From Pseudomonadales bacterium (lineage in GTDB: Bacteria > Pseudomonadota > Gammaproteobacteria > Pseudomonadales > GM7GCV1): a stretch of DNA of 64,000 nucleotides. The DNA lies in NCBI GenBank assembly GCA_965204215.1, contig CBDBDZ010000014.1, positions 165,252 to 229,251 on the forward strand, read 5' to 3'. The first letter of the stretch is position 1. Each line of letters starts with the position of its first letter. Positions 18,467 through 29,679 of the stretch are shown piece by piece. The notes under the pieces are model-generated. The model did not search any database. It was not told the DNA's origin and saw only the letters and a program-made list of their open reading frames with translations. The translations under genes were made by a program, and so were the position numbers.

Positions 18467-20368
18467 CTATTGATAGGTTAACGGCGTATCAATATCTGCA
18501 TTTTCCATAAGATAATCCTGATAGGCAATTAATGCTTGTACTGCCAGTGATTGAGCGCGTTGCTGCGAAAGATTATTCAATTCTTCTTGGGTAAAATCTT
18601 CTCGTGAACCTGGCGTTTTGCTGTCTAATCTAAGCACGACTTTGTCGTCATTGCGTTGGGTAAATTGTCGGACAACGGGAAGTTGGTTGTCGTGAATACT
18701 AAAAGCAAACTGGTCTTCTTCAAGATAGCTATTTCTGGTTGCGTCAATTTGTGCTTGCCATTCAACATTGTATTCCATTGCCAAGGTTTCAACATCATTA
18801 CCAGCTTGCAATTTAGTCATTAAATCGTTAGCAATAACTTCCAGTGCAACTGATGCTTTTTGTTGCTTTAAGGCTAATTCTACAGCATTTGATACCACTT
18901 CTAATTCAGGAATGTAACTGGGTTGTAACTCTTGAAGCTGAACTGCGACAGCAGTATTAGATTCATCACTGTCACCTGTTATTTCTATCACATTAGATAT
19001 CAATTTCTGGTTGAGTACTTCATCGCTAAAGGCGCTATTTACTACATTGGGATTAGCCATTAAACCTTCGCCGCCCTGTCTGGGAAAGGGTTCGCTTGTG
19101 GCTATTGTCAGGGGAATAATGTCTTGCATACTGACAACAACTTCTTCCAGGTTATCGTTTACATAGACACGGTCTTTTAAATCTTCTACCACTTCGGTAT
19201 ATTTTTGGGCAATACCTTCGTCAACCAATTCTTGTACAATGCTTGAGGTTTCTTCCTCTAATGTTCCCAAAGTTGAGCCACCACGACTAACCAATTTAAT
19301 TAAATGAATACCGCTATCCGTTTCGACAGGTGTTGAAACTTGACCAACCTCTAATGCCGCCAATGCGCTTTCAAATGTCTCAGGAAAAGTTTCACCTTCG
19401 GTAAACCCGAGATTGCCACCATTAGCCGCTGAACCAAAATCATCAGAGTAATTGCTGGCTAATGATTCAAAGCTTTCACCACTTTGAATTTTTTCTTGAA
19501 TGTCTTGAATTTTTTGCAAGTGAGAGCCATCGTCTTGAGGTTCTACTAAAATATGTGCCGCTTCTAAAAGCTCTGATTGCGGCTGCTGTTTTTTCAATTC
19601 ATAGCGCTGCTGTATAGCATTGGAGTCTATTTTAACCAGTGGTAATAGTGCTTGACTATCTACGCTGATATATTTCACGACAACTTGGTCAGGCACACGG
19701 TAATTTTCCTGGTTTTCTTCAAAGTAAGCTTTTATTTCTTCTGGAGTCACCTGGGCTTGTTCTATCTGTTGTGACACAGGTAATTTTAAATAAGTATAGT
19801 TGCGCTTTTCGCCCAATAGTTCTATATAATTATCTAAGGATACTTGGGTATTAAATGAAGAACTGCGAATTGATTGTAAAAAGGTTTGGTAAATATAATC
19901 GTCTTCAATTTCGTTTAAAAAAGTTTGAGTAGTAAAGCCTAAATTTAATAGCGTATTTTGATAAATGTCTTGAGAGAATTTACCATCAGCATGAAACTGT
20001 GGCATATCAAGAATTTCACGTTTTAAATTATTTTCACTAAAGCCTATATTGTTGTCTTTTAACATACCAATAAACAATTTTTCGCGAATTAGGCGGCCTA
20101 GCACCGCTGGTCTGATACTGGCTTCTTCATAGTATCTCGGGTCTGCATTTTCACCTAGTTGTTCAATAATTTCTTGCTGCCTGTTACGCACACCGCGTTG
20201 TAAATCGAGCATGCTGATGACATGGCCATTAACTTCTGCTGCATCGGCAACTCTAACCCCAGACTGGAACACAGAAGTTACGCCAAAAAATGCAAAAGGT
20301 ATTGCAATAATGGCAACAATGATAAGTGCAACGGAACTGTTTTTTCGACTGTTTATATATTGAATCAT
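18467..20368 (-). CDS. ppiD: Periplasmic chaperone / PPIase D
   Basis: N-terminal TM, SurA-like domain and parvulin domain (AAHILV, SDDFGSAANGGNLG); follows hupB. Confidence 0.9.
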   Translation of the reverse strand: MIQYINSRKNSSVALIIVAIIAIPFAFFGVTSVFQSGVRVADAAEVNGHVISMLDLQRGVRNRQQEIIEQLGENADPRYYEEASIRPAVLGRLIREKLFIGMLKDNNIGFSENNLKREILDMPQFHADGKFSQDIYQNTLLNLGFTTQTFLNEIEDDYIYQTFLQSIRSSSFNTQVSLDNYIELLGEKRNYTYLKLPVSQQIEQAQVTPEEIKAYFEENQENYRVPDQVVVKYISVDSQALLPLVKIDSNAIQQRYELKKQQPQSELLEAAHILVEPQDDGSHLQKIQDIQEKIQSGESFESLASNYSDDFGSAANGGNLGFTEGETFPETFESALAALEVGQVSTPVETDSGIHLIKLVSRGGSTLGTLEEETSSIVQELVDEGIAQKYTEVVEDLKDRVYVNDNLEEVVVSMQDIIPLTIATSEPFPRQGGEGLMANPNVVNSAFSDEVLNQKLISNVIEITGDSDESNTAVAVQLQELQPSYIPELEVVSNAVELALKQQKASVALEVIANDLMTKLQAGNDVETLAMEYNVEWQAQIDATRNSYLEEDQFAFSIHDNQLPVVRQFTQRNDDKVVLRLDSKTPGSREDFTQEELNNLSQQRAQSLAVQALIAYQDYLMENADIDTPLTYQ

Positions 20369-20421
20369 TTTCTTAAAATAATAAGCTATTTTACTTGCAT
20401 TGAGTGGTGCGCTATCCTAAC

Positions 20422-20452
20422 AAAAAAAAGACGCGCTAAAAAGCGCGTCTTT
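20422..20452 (-). terminator. Rho-independent terminator after hupB
   Basis: The minus strand reads AAAGACGCGC-TTTTTA-GCGCGTCTTT followed by a T-run. Confidence 0.8.
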
Positions 20453-20503
20453 ATCAACAGGATTAACTTATTACAGTTAATCCACAAATATTTGTATTTG
20501 TGC

Positions 20504-20776
20504 TTAGTTGACAGCGTCTTTTAATGCTTTGCCCGCCTTGAAGCCAGGAACATTTGAAGCCGCGATTTGAATAGCCTCACCAGTGCGAGGGTTGCGACCG
20601 CTTCTAGCTTCACGTTTCTTTGCAGCAAAAGTGCCAAAACCAACCAATGATACTGAATCACCATTGGCTAGAGCGCCAGTTATTGCTTCGGTAGTTGCGT
20701 CAAGTGCTCGACCTGCTGAAGTTTTAGAAATGCCTGCTGAAGATGCAATCGCATCAATTAATTCGCTTTTGTTCAC
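20504..20776 (-). CDS. hupB: Nucleoid protein HU
   Basis: [11 protein letters not shown]...VGFGTF...GRNPRTGE; follows lon. Confidence 0.95.
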   Translation of the reverse strand: MNKSELIDAIASSAGISKTSAGRALDATTEAITGALANGDSVSLVGFGTFAAKKREARSGRNPRTGEAIQIAASNVPGFKAGKALKDAVN

Positions 20777-20936
20777 TATAGTACCTATGAAGTATTGTTA
20801 AAAGATTGAGTTAGATTAAGGTGTGTTAGCAGTATTGATATCTGCCAAGCACCTAACAATTAAAAACAATATTACTCTTAGGGTCAAGAGCTTTTGACAA
20901 GAAAGCAGGCTTTTCTAATGAAATACTGTGCTATTG

Positions 20937-23360
20937 CTAGTGTGCGGTGGTGCTAGCTTGGGATTCGGTGTCCATTTTTGATGTTTTTGTATTTTCAGAA
21001 CCATCAGACAAGGCAGCTTGAGGTTGGGTGATTAGTGCAATATCTAATACCTCGTCAATCCACTCTACTGCGTAAATCGTAAGGTCTTTTTTAACTTTTT
21101 CATCAATTTCCTGTAATTGAGGTTCATTTTCTTTAGGAATAATCACTGTTTCTACGCCTCGTTGGTGAGCCGCCAGCAGTTTTTCTTTTAAACCGCCAAT
21201 GGGTAGTACCTCGCCTTTCAGAGTAATTTCACCTGTCATAGCAACTGATGATTTCACCGCTATTTGTGTCAATTCTGAAATAATTGCAGTACACATACCA
21301 ATTCCTGCGCTGGGTCCATCCTTAGGTGTTGCTCCCTCGGGGACATGAATGTGCAGGTCTTGCCGACTGTGAAAGTCTTCACTGACACCTAAAGCAGCAG
21401 TTCTACTGCGAACTACTGTCAGGGCAGCTTGTATTGACTCTTGCATCACATCGCCTAAAGAACCTGTTTTAATGACTTTACCGGTACCTTGCAAAGCCGC
21501 TACCTCAATGGATAGTAATTCTCCTCCTGCACTGGTCCATGCCAAACCAGTCACGCAACCCACTACACTTTTATTTCTTGCCTGTTGGTGACGATATTTC
21601 ACTACACCTAAATACTTACCAACTGTTTTCGCCGTTAAGTTTACCGTTTTCTTACCAGCAGTTTTGACCATGACATTGTCGGTGATAACTTTACGTACTA
21701 ATTTATCAATTTCACGTTTCAGGTTTCTAACACCTGATTCTCTGGTATAACTACGAATCACTTCAAGTAGGCCATCTTGCTTAAAGGTCAATTCTTTGTC
21801 CTTAGCGCCGTGACCTTTGAGTGATTTGGGAATTAGATACTGTGTGGAAATTTGCATTTTTTCAGGTTCGGTATAGCCTGGAATGCGAATAACTTCCATT
21901 CGGTCTATAAGCGCTTCTGGAATTGCCATTGAATTAGCCGTGCAAACAAACATGGCTTTGGATAAGTCAAAATCCACTTCAATATAATGGTCATTAAATG
22001 CCTTATTCTGTTCAGGGTCTAGCACTTCAAGTAGCGCTGCGGCTGGGTCTCCTCTGTAATCGGCTCCCAGTTTATCAATTTCATCAAGTAAGATAAGTGG
22101 ATTATTGGTTTTAGAGCGCGATAATTTTTGAATAATCTTGCCAGGCATAGAACCTATATAGGTGCGGCGATGGCCTCTAATTTCAGCTTCGTCACGAACA
22201 CCACCCAGCGCAATGCGGACATATTGGCGACCCGTTGCTTTGGCGATGGACTCTCCTAAAGATGTTTTACCCACACCCGGAGGCCCTACCAGACAGAGTA
22301 TGGGTCCGTGCTGACGATTAACACGTTTTTGTACGGCAAGAAATTCGAGAATGCGCTGTTTAACATCGCTTAAGCCGTAATGATCCGAATTAAGTACGCG
22401 TTGAGCATGGTTTAAATTTTTCTTTAGTTTTGAAGCCTTTGACCACGGCAAATTAATAATCCAATCCAAATAACTGCGCGTAACTGAGGCTTCTGCTGAC
22501 ATGGTCGATAGTTGTTTGAGCTTTTTGAGTTCAGCCTCTGCTTTATCCAGGGCATGTTGCGGCATTTTAGCTGCGGTTATTTGTTCTTGTAACTTATCGT
22601 GCTCGTTAGCTTCGGCTTCCGTTCCATTATTGAGTTCTTTTTTTATGGCTTTGACTTGTTCATTTAAATAGTAATCGCGTTGATTTTTTTCAATTTGCTG
22701 TCTTGCCTGACGTTGAATACTTTTGTCGATATCACTTTTGGTTTGCTGCCACTTGAGCGACTCCATCATCAATTCTGCGCGTTCATGCAGTGAAACTTGC
22801 TCTAATATACCTTGTTTGGTGGCAAATGGCAATGGTAGGTGCATTGCCATCAAATCAATTAAACAGGTCAGGTCCAGTTCATTATTAATCCCATCAATAA
22901 TTTCCTTTGCCAGCTTACTTTTATCTACCTTGCGGTATTCGACAAAACTGTTTTTCAAGGCTTTGACCCGAGCTATTGCTTCGGCATCACTTATTACGCT
23001 TTGTGGCAATACTTCATAGTTCGCTTGTAAATAGCCATCGCTGTCAATAATGTGAGTTAAATGTACACGTTGCTTGCCTTCAACTAATAAGCGGTAGGTT
23101 CCATCAGGTAACTTCATCAATTGCACCATCGTTGCCAGTGTGCCATAACGCTGAATATCGTCATTACCTGGGTCTTCGTGTTCCGGGTCGATTTGGGCGC
23201 TAAGTAATATTTGTTTGTAATCCGATGTCTCTGTTTTGGTAACCGCTTCTATTGATTTTTGTCTGCCGACAAACAAAGGCATAACCAGGTTTGGGTAAAT
23301 GATGACATCACGCAAAGCCAGGAGTGGCAGCGGTTTATTGGGTAGTTTGACAACATTCAT
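20937..23360 (-). CDS. lon: Lon protease
   Basis: LON domain, GPPGVGKTS Walker A and PKDGPSAG catalytic Ser. Confidence 0.97.
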   Translation of the reverse strand: MNVVKLPNKPLPLLALRDVIIYPNLVMPLFVGRQKSIEAVTKTETSDYKQILLSAQIDPEHEDPGNDDIQRYGTLATMVQLMKLPDGTYRLLVEGKQRVHLTHIIDSDGYLQANYEVLPQSVISDAEAIARVKALKNSFVEYRKVDKSKLAKEIIDGINNELDLTCLIDLMAMHLPLPFATKQGILEQVSLHERAELMMESLKWQQTKSDIDKSIQRQARQQIEKNQRDYYLNEQVKAIKKELNNGTEAEANEHDKLQEQITAAKMPQHALDKAEAELKKLKQLSTMSAEASVTRSYLDWIINLPWSKASKLKKNLNHAQRVLNSDHYGLSDVKQRILEFLAVQKRVNRQHGPILCLVGPPGVGKTSLGESIAKATGRQYVRIALGGVRDEAEIRGHRRTYIGSMPGKIIQKLSRSKTNNPLILLDEIDKLGADYRGDPAAALLEVLDPEQNKAFNDHYIEVDFDLSKAMFVCTANSMAIPEALIDRMEVIRIPGYTEPEKMQISTQYLIPKSLKGHGAKDKELTFKQDGLLEVIRSYTRESGVRNLKREIDKLVRKVITDNVMVKTAGKKTVNLTAKTVGKYLGVVKYRHQQARNKSVVGCVTGLAWTSAGGELLSIEVAALQGTGKVIKTGSLGDVMQESIQAALTVVRSRTAALGVSEDFHSRQDLHIHVPEGATPKDGPSAGIGMCTAIISELTQIAVKSSVAMTGEITLKGEVLPIGGLKEKLLAAHQRGVETVIIPKENEPQLQEIDEKVKKDLTIYAVEWIDEVLDIALITQPQAALSDGSENTKTSKMDTESQASTTAH

Positions 23361-23406
23361 CGTTTAAAAAAATATACGCAGTAGTTTGTGCTCAATAGTT
23401 TTCGGT

Positions 23407-24675
23407 TTAATCTGCTGCTTCTTGTTTATTTTTGCCAGCATTGTGGTAAACCAGCATAGGTTCTGCACCGCCCTGTATAACTGATGCATCAATAACCACT
23501 TTGGAAATATCGTCATCACTGGGAATTTCATACATGATATCGAGTAGTACTGATTCTAAAATGGAACGCAACCCTCTAGCTCCTGATTTGCGTTCAATAG
23601 CTTTTTCAGCAATGGACTCCAGAGCGTCGGGGCGAACGTCTAATTCGACGTTATCAATGGCAAACAACTCAGTATACTGTTTTAATAAAGCGTTTTTGGG
23701 TTTGGTTAAAATTTGAATCAACGCTTCTTCATCAAGCTCTTCCAGAGGCGCTACTACTGGCAACCTGCCAATAAATTCAGGTATTAAACCATAGCTGATT
23801 AAGTCTTCAGGTTCAACGGCTTCAAAAATATCTTTGTTTAATTCATCGCTCTTGGAACTAATGGTGGCACCAAAGCCGATGCTGGATTTTTCTTTACGCT
23901 CCATCACTATTTTCTCTAATCCTGAAAAAGCGCCACCACAAATAAATAAGATATTACTGGTATCTACATGAATAAATTCCTGTTGTGGGTGTTTACGACC
24001 TCCTTGCGGTGGCACGGCAGCAACCGTGCCCTCGATAAGTTTTAACAAAGCTTGTTGCACACCCTCACCCGATACGTCTCGGGTAATGGAAACATTGCCA
24101 CGTGATCGTGTAATTTTGTCAATCTCATCAATATAAACAATGCCTCTTTGGGCCTTTTCTACATCATATTCACAAGCTTGTAATAAACGTTGAATAATAT
24201 TTTCAACGTCTTCACCCACATAACCAGCTTCTGTTAAAGTTGTAGCATCACTAATAACAAAAGGGACATCAATAAGTTTTGCCAAGGTGCTGGCAATTAA
24301 GGTTTTGCCAGAGCCAGTTGGTCCAAGGAGTAGAATATTACTTTTTTCTAGTTCGGGCTTGGAGTCGTCTTTCTTACTCGTTTTTTTGGCATTAAGTCGC
24401 TTGTAGTGGTTATAAACAGCAACCGATAGTACGCGTTTGGCATATTGTTGTCCAATAACGTAGTCGTCCAATACCCTTTTAATTTCACTGGGAATAGGTA
24501 GTGCTGGATTTTTGTTTTCAATTTCTCCTGTAAATTCTTCTTCGCTGATAATATCATTGCAAAGGTCGATACATTCGTTGCATATAAATACCGAAGCACC
24601 GGCAATAAGCTTGAGAACGTCTTTTTGATTTTTGCCACAGAAGGAACAATTAAAGTCGGTATTTTTTTTACTCAT
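23407..24675 (-). CDS. clpX: ClpX ATPase
   Basis: CSFCGK zinc-binding domain, GPTGSGKT and the IGF loop. Confidence 0.98.
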   Translation of the reverse strand: MSKKNTDFNCSFCGKNQKDVLKLIAGASVFICNECIDLCNDIISEEEFTGEIENKNPALPIPSEIKRVLDDYVIGQQYAKRVLSVAVYNHYKRLNAKKTSKKDDSKPELEKSNILLLGPTGSGKTLIASTLAKLIDVPFVISDATTLTEAGYVGEDVENIIQRLLQACEYDVEKAQRGIVYIDEIDKITRSRGNVSITRDVSGEGVQQALLKLIEGTVAAVPPQGGRKHPQQEFIHVDTSNILFICGGAFSGLEKIVMERKEKSSIGFGATISSKSDELNKDIFEAVEPEDLISYGLIPEFIGRLPVVAPLEELDEEALIQILTKPKNALLKQYTELFAIDNVELDVRPDALESIAEKAIERKSGARGLRSILESVLLDIMYEIPSDDDISKVVIDASVIQGGAEPMLVYHNAGKNKQEAAD

Positions 24676-24711
24676 AAGAACGAGGACTCACAATAAATTA
24701 AGGCAAAAAAT

Positions 24712-25311
24712 TTATCTTTTAGTTAGAATTTCGTCAATTATGCCATACTGTCGTGCTTCCGATGCATCCATGAAGGTATCTCGCTCAGTATCTGCACTAA
24801 TTTTTTTAATGGTTTGTCCTGTGTGATGCGCTAATAGTTCATTAAGTTTTTTACGTATTTTTAATATTTCCTGTGCTTGTATGTTGATATCCGTAGCCTG
24901 GCCTTGAGCGCCGCCGCTGGGTTGATGAATCATTACACGGGAATTGGGTAGAGCAAAACGCTTACCCGGTTCACCTGCAGCTAATAAAAAAGAACCCATG
25001 CTACAGGCTTGACCAATACACATGGTGTTGACCTGAGGTTTAATAAATTGCATAGTATCGTAAATTGACATACCTGCTGTTACCGAGCCACCTGGTGAGT
25101 TTATATAAAAATGAATATCTTTGTCAGGGTTTTCTGACTCAAGGAATAACAACTGGGCGACTACCAGGTTAGCTACCTGGTCGTTAACTTCGCCAACCAA
25201 AAACACAACACGCTCTTTAAGCAACCTTGAATAGATATCAAACGAGCGTTCACCACGACCCGATTGTTCAATAACAACGGGAACCATTCCTAAATTATTG
25301 GGCTTAATCAT
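24712..25311 (-). CDS. clpP: ClpP protease subunit (start probably the ATG at 25311, overlapping the tig stop)
   Basis: [18 protein letters not shown] and VMIHQP motifs. Confidence 0.97.
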   Translation of the reverse strand: MIKPNNLGMVPVVIEQSGRGERSFDIYSRLLKERVVFLVGEVNDQVANLVVAQLLFLESENPDKDIHFYINSPGGSVTAGMSIYDTMQFIKPQVNTMCIGQACSMGSFLLAAGEPGKRFALPNSRVMIHQPSGGAQGQATDINIQAQEILKIRKKLNELLAHHTGQTIKKISADTERDTFMDASEARQYGIIDEILTKR

Positions 25312-26638
25312 CGGATTTTTCACTCTCTAATTGATTATTTTCTGACTGTTGGTTCATAGCTTCTTCATAGTTCATGGATATTACTTTAACTTTCATTTGA
25401 GCAACAATATGTTCAACCACTTGCTCTTCCAGTATCTTCGCTTCCACCTGGTTCAGTGCGTTTTCATTACTGTAGTAAAAATCAATAACCTCTTTGGGTT
25501 GTTCATAGCCGTCGGCTTCAGCTTCTATAAAGGCTTTGATACGGTCTTTATCGGGTTCTATGTCATCGGTTTCTACTATTTTACGCATGATTAGTGCTGC
25601 TTTAACAGTCTCTCTGGCTTTGTCTTCAAAAGGCTCGTCAGGGAATTGGTTAACATCAAATTGTTGTCCTCTTTCAAATTGTTGAAACATTTTGCGCTTG
25701 TCGTTATCGACTTGTTCTTTTAACAATGCTTTTGGGACTTCAATATCGTGAGATTCAATTAGCGCTTTGGTAACCGACTGCTGTAATTTTAACTTAATGC
25801 TCTGATTAAGGTTTTTTTCCATATTACTTTTAATTTTAGCGCGGAAATCATCCATTCCACTGTCAATATCGAATTTCTTCATAAAGGCTTCATCGACGTC
25901 AGGAATTTGTGCTTCTGAAACAGAATGCAGTTTAATATCAAACTCTGCAGCAGCACTACGTAAATGTTCTGCCTGATAATCTTCCGGGAAAGTTACTGAA
26001 ATGGTTTTTGGCTCTCCTGCTTTCATTCCCACAATGCCGTCTTCAAAGCCAGGAATCATGCTTCCAGAACCTAATTCTATTTCTTGTTCATTGGCAGAAC
26101 CATCCTCTATCGGTTCGCCATCAATACGGCCATCAAAGTCAATCTTTACTTTATCACCAATAGCTGCTTCACGTTCAACAACTTCATATTGTTTTTGTTG
26201 CTGACGCAATTGTTCTATCATATTATCAATATCAGTATCAACGATACTGGCTTCAATTTGCTCGATGTTTAATTTGGATAATTCGCCAACTTCAATATCA
26301 GGGTAAACTTCAACAATAGCGTTATAACTGATCTCTTTGCCTTTGTCAGCTTCTATGTTTTCAATCTTAGGCATGCCTAAAACGGGCAATTCTTTTTCTG
26401 TAACCGCTTGCTTGTACGAGTCGTTAATGGCATCGTTAACGGCTTCAAAATAAGCGTTGTCTCCAAAGCGCAACTCAACAATATGCAAAGGGGTTTTGCC
26501 TTTGCGAAAGCCATCAATTTTGACATTCTTAGCAAGATCTTTCAGGCGTTTATCGACATTTTCTTGCGTGTAATCTACAGGCAATACCACTTTGATATTG
26601 CATTCTATCGACGATGTTTGATCAACAGTAACCTGCAT
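25304..26638 (-). CDS. tig: Trigger factor
   Basis: GFRKGK ribosome-binding motif and FKBP domain ([11 protein letters not shown]). Confidence 0.96.
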   Translation of the reverse strand: MQVTVDQTSSIECNIKVVLPVDYTQENVDKRLKDLAKNVKIDGFRKGKTPLHIVELRFGDNAYFEAVNDAINDSYKQAVTEKELPVLGMPKIENIEADKGKEISYNAIVEVYPDIEVGELSKLNIEQIEASIVDTDIDNMIEQLRQQQKQYEVVEREAAIGDKVKIDFDGRIDGEPIEDGSANEQEIELGSGSMIPGFEDGIVGMKAGEPKTISVTFPEDYQAEHLRSAAAEFDIKLHSVSEAQIPDVDEAFMKKFDIDSGMDDFRAKIKSNMEKNLNQSIKLKLQQSVTKALIESHDIEVPKALLKEQVDNDKRKMFQQFERGQQFDVNQFPDEPFEDKARETVKAALIMRKIVETDDIEPDKDRIKAFIEAEADGYEQPKEVIDFYYSNENALNQVEAKILEEQVVEHIVAQMKVKVISMNYEEAMNQQSENNQLESEKSDD

Positions 26639-26680
26639 CTAATTCCTCAAAGTTAAAAGGTAGTTATAAAATTAATAAGA

Positions 26681-26765
26681 TGGTGCGAGTGGAGAGACTC
26701 GAACTCTCACGGGTTGCCCCACTAGAACCTAAACCTAGCGCGTATACCAGTTCCGCCACACTCGC
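26681..26765 (-). tRNA. tRNA-Leu (TAG)
   Basis: 85-nt class II cloverleaf with anticodon arm CTAGG-TT TAG GT-TCTAG and encoded CCA. Confidence 0.95.
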
Positions 26766-26778
26766 GTGCGAAGGCGCG

Positions 26779-26807
26779 ATTTTGCCACAGTGTCGTTACA
26801 GGTTCAA
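26779..26807 (-). promoter_or_regulatory. Probable sigma70 promoter for tRNA-Leu/tig
   Basis: The minus strand reads TTGAAC-17 bp-CAAAAT followed by a GC-rich discriminator (CGCGCC). Confidence 0.5.
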
Positions 26808-26866
26808 CTTTGATGTCTCTAAATAGTAAGTTTTTGTAAATGATAATTAGCAATTTTGATATTGCG

Positions 26867-26894
26867 CTTGAATATTTCTATAATTGCCCCATAT
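26867..26894 (+). promoter_or_regulatory. Sigma32-type heat-shock promoter facing rpoH
   Basis: CTTGAA-14 bp-CCCCATAT, matching the consensus CTTGAA-N13/14-CCCCATNT. Confidence 0.7.
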
Positions 26895-27012
26895 TAATTC
26901 GGTATGAAAATATCGAGCTAATATGTGGCACTAAAGAAGCGCCACTGACGAGCAATAGTTCAACCCTGAACCATTGAAATACGCAGGAGCGATATTTTAA
27001 TTGTCAGGTTAA
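26894..27012 (-). repeat. MITE-D, short form
   Basis: The reverse complement aligns with 52367-52484; TTAA at both ends. Confidence 0.85.
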
Positions 27013-27088
27013 TAATTAGATTGTAAAATATTTGTCTAATGGTAACTGCAATTAACAACCACAATTCTACCTTGTCGGGGGTAAAGCA

Positions 27089-27955
27089 ATGAGCACAGCG
27101 TTACAACCGCTGGATATGTTGTCGCCTGGAGGGAATTTAGAGACCTATATTCAAGGCATATCGCGTATACCGGTATTGTCTGTCGAAGAAGAACGTGAAT
27201 TAGCGGGAAAATGTTATTATGATGAAGACTTGGATAGCGCCCGTAAATTGATATTATCGCACTTGCGCTTTGTAGTTTATATTGCTAATACTTATAAAGG
27301 TTATGGCTTACCGTTAGGGGATATTATCCAGGAAGGTAATGTGGGGTTGATGAAAGCGATTAAACGCTTTAACCCTGAACACGGTGTACGGGTAGTTTCG
27401 TTTGCTGTGCATTGGATTAAGGCTGAAATTCACGAGTTTGTTCTACGCAATTGGCGCATAGTTAAAATTGCAACTACTAAAGCTCAACGCAAATTATTTT
27501 TTAATTTGCGTAGTCGCAAACAAGGTTTTGACCAGCTTACTATGGATGAGGCCAAAGCCATCGCCGAAGACCTGGATGTGGATGCCGAACAAGTGAAAGA
27601 AATGGAGAAACGTTTAATGGCATTTGACACTTCTTTTGATGGCCCCGATGACGATGACGACGACTTTGGTATTAAAGCACCTGTTTATTATTTAGAAGAC
27701 AAACGGTATGAACCGTTAAGGCTACTTGAAATGAGCGAAACCTCTGAACTCAGTGAACAAGCGTTGCATGAATTTATTACCACTCTTGACGATCGCAGTC
27801 GTGACATTATTCAACAGCGCTGGTTTCAAGACAGTAAATCTACCTTGCACGATTTAGCTGACCAGTACAATGTCTCTGCCGAACGTATTCGACAAATTGA
27901 AGAGGCTGCTATGAAAAAGTTACGCAAAAAGCTCGAAATTCGATTTCGAAATTAG
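27089..27955 (+). CDS. rpoH: RNA polymerase sigma-32 factor
   Basis: DIIQEGNVGLMKA, SFAVHWIKAEIHE and the RpoH box QRKLFFNLR. Confidence 0.97.
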   Translation: MSTALQPLDMLSPGGNLETYIQGISRIPVLSVEEERELAGKCYYDEDLDSARKLILSHLRFVVYIANTYKGYGLPLGDIIQEGNVGLMKAIKRFNPEHGVRVVSFAVHWIKAEIHEFVLRNWRIVKIATTKAQRKLFFNLRSRKQGFDQLTMDEAKAIAEDLDVDAEQVKEMEKRLMAFDTSFDGPDDDDDDFGIKAPVYYLEDKRYEPLRLLEMSETSELSEQALHEFITTLDDRSRDIIQQRWFQDSKSTLHDLADQYNVSAERIRQIEEAAMKKLRKKLEIRFRN

Positions 27956-27982
27956 TGCTCGTCTGTCTTTATCGCTGAATCT

Positions 27983-28672
27983 GTGATTATTCCACCCATT
28001 CAATCACGTCGCAAAGCCGTTCGCTCTTTTGTCATTCGGGCAGGACGAATCACACAAGGACAAATCCAGGCCTTCGAGCGTTCGTGGCAAACTTATGGTT
28101 TAGATTTGGAAAAAGGTTTAATTGATAATTCAGAAACATTTCAAAACCATAACCCCTTAGTGTTAGAAATAGGTTTTGGCGATGGCGAGAGTTTATTGCA
28201 ACAATGTCAATTAGAACCTCGTACTAATTTCATTGGCATTGAAGTTCACCCCCCTGGCATGGGCCATTTGCTTCAGTGTGTGGCTGAGTCCAACATCTCC
28301 AATTTACGGTTGTATTTGGCTGATGCTACGGATGTATTGGATGAATGTATTGCTGATAATACCCTGCATCGCATTCAACTGTTTTTTCCTGACCCCTGGC
28401 ATAAAAAAAAGCACCATAAACGACGCATTCTTCAACCTCAAACCATCGAACTGTTTAAACAAAAGTTGCAGCCAGAAGGTATTTTGCATATTGCGACTGA
28501 TTGGCAACCCTACGCCGAATGTATCCTGGAAAATCTTGTGACTGTATCAGGGCTAAAAAATAGCAGGCTTTCACACAGTGAAAAACCCAGTTGGCGACCG
28601 ACTACCAAATACGAACAACGCGGCATTAATCGTGGTTATAAAATAAGTGATATATTATTTATAAAATCCTGA
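27983..28672 (+). CDS. trmB: tRNA (guanine-N7)-methyltransferase
   Basis: VLEIGFGDG, FFPDPWHKKKHHKRR, HIATDWQPYA and TTKYEQRG motifs. Confidence 0.96.
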   Translation: MIIPPIQSRRKAVRSFVIRAGRITQGQIQAFERSWQTYGLDLEKGLIDNSETFQNHNPLVLEIGFGDGESLLQQCQLEPRTNFIGIEVHPPGMGHLLQCVAESNISNLRLYLADATDVLDECIADNTLHRIQLFFPDPWHKKKHHKRRILQPQTIELFKQKLQPEGILHIATDWQPYAECILENLVTVSGLKNSRLSHSEKPSWRPTTKYEQRGINRGYKISDILFIKS

Positions 28673-28762
28673 TATAAGACCTATAGTTACTGGACTTTAA
28701 TAAACTCAAAAGTTATCCTCCCTTTACCTTTTACATTAACTATTTATTTTTAGGAACTATTT

Positions 28763-29494
28763 ATGAAAATTACATATATTGCGTTATCAGGTTTACTAAT
28801 AACAATACTCATAAGTTGTAACCAGAAAGCAGCTGAATCGAAGCAATCGTCACTTGAAACCAATGTTGAACAAGCTAGCTACATTATTGGCTATAACTCC
28901 ATTAAACAGCTCGTAAGCCAGGGCGACTTAGACCTGGATAAAACCGCCATGATAAATGGCGTGTCAGATGCGCTTGATAATGCCGATAGCAAACTGACCG
29001 CAGAAGTGATGCAACAAGCCATGCAACAATATCAGCAAGCGATTCAAGAAAAAGTTAAAGCCGCTCAAGAAGCTGCAGGCGCTGCAAATTTAGCAGAAGG
29101 CAAGGCTTATATGGAAGCTAACGCTAAAAAGCCAGGCGTAATTGTCGATAAGTCGGGTGTTCAATATAAAATTTTGATTGAAGGTAAAGACCCTAAACCA
29201 GAAAGTACAACCAGCACCGTTAGAGTTAACTATGAAGGCAGACTGCTTGATGGCACCGTTTTCGACAGTTCTTATCAACGCGGTGAGCCCATTGAATTTG
29301 CATTGAATAGAGTGATTAAAGGCTGGACTGAAGCTGTTCAATTAATGCCAGAAGGATCGACCTGGGAAGTTACCATACCTGGTGATTTAGCTTATGGACC
29401 TGGTGGTACTGGCGGTGTTATTGGTCCTAATGCCACGCTTATTTTTAAAATTGAATTAATCAAAGCCAACGTCACTCAAGACGATACTAAGTAA
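28763..29494 (+). CDS. FKBP-type PPIase (FkpA/FklB-like) with a lipoprotein-like signal
   Basis: FKBP_N domain plus VNYEGRLLDGTVFDSSY, VIKGWTEA and IPGDLAYG motifs. Confidence 0.93.
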   Translation: MKITYIALSGLLITILISCNQKAAESKQSSLETNVEQASYIIGYNSIKQLVSQGDLDLDKTAMINGVSDALDNADSKLTAEVMQQAMQQYQQAIQEKVKAAQEAAGAANLAEGKAYMEANAKKPGVIVDKSGVQYKILIEGKDPKPESTTSTVRVNYEGRLLDGTVFDSSYQRGEPIEFALNRVIKGWTEAVQLMPEGSTWEVTIPGDLAYGPGGTGGVIGPNATLIFKIELIKANVTQDDTK

Positions 29495-29518
29495 TTCAAT
29501 TTACCTTCGCTACAATCT

Positions 29519-29538
29519 CTAATGCATAATCTTCTGGG
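29519..29538 (+). repeat. Isolated MITE-C terminal repeat
   Basis: CTAATGCATAATCTTCTGGG+TTAA, compared with CTAATGCATAATCTGGG+TTAA at 58811-58831. Confidence 0.55.
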
Positions 29539-29679
29539 TTAAAGCGAAATCCATGCTTGGGTGCCAATTGTTGACAGCGCTATAAACAACTTATAAAAAA
29601 GTGATTCGTATAATGGATGCGGTTGTTGTTCATTCACTCGCGCTAATAACGACTTGAGCAAAACCCAACGACACAAACT

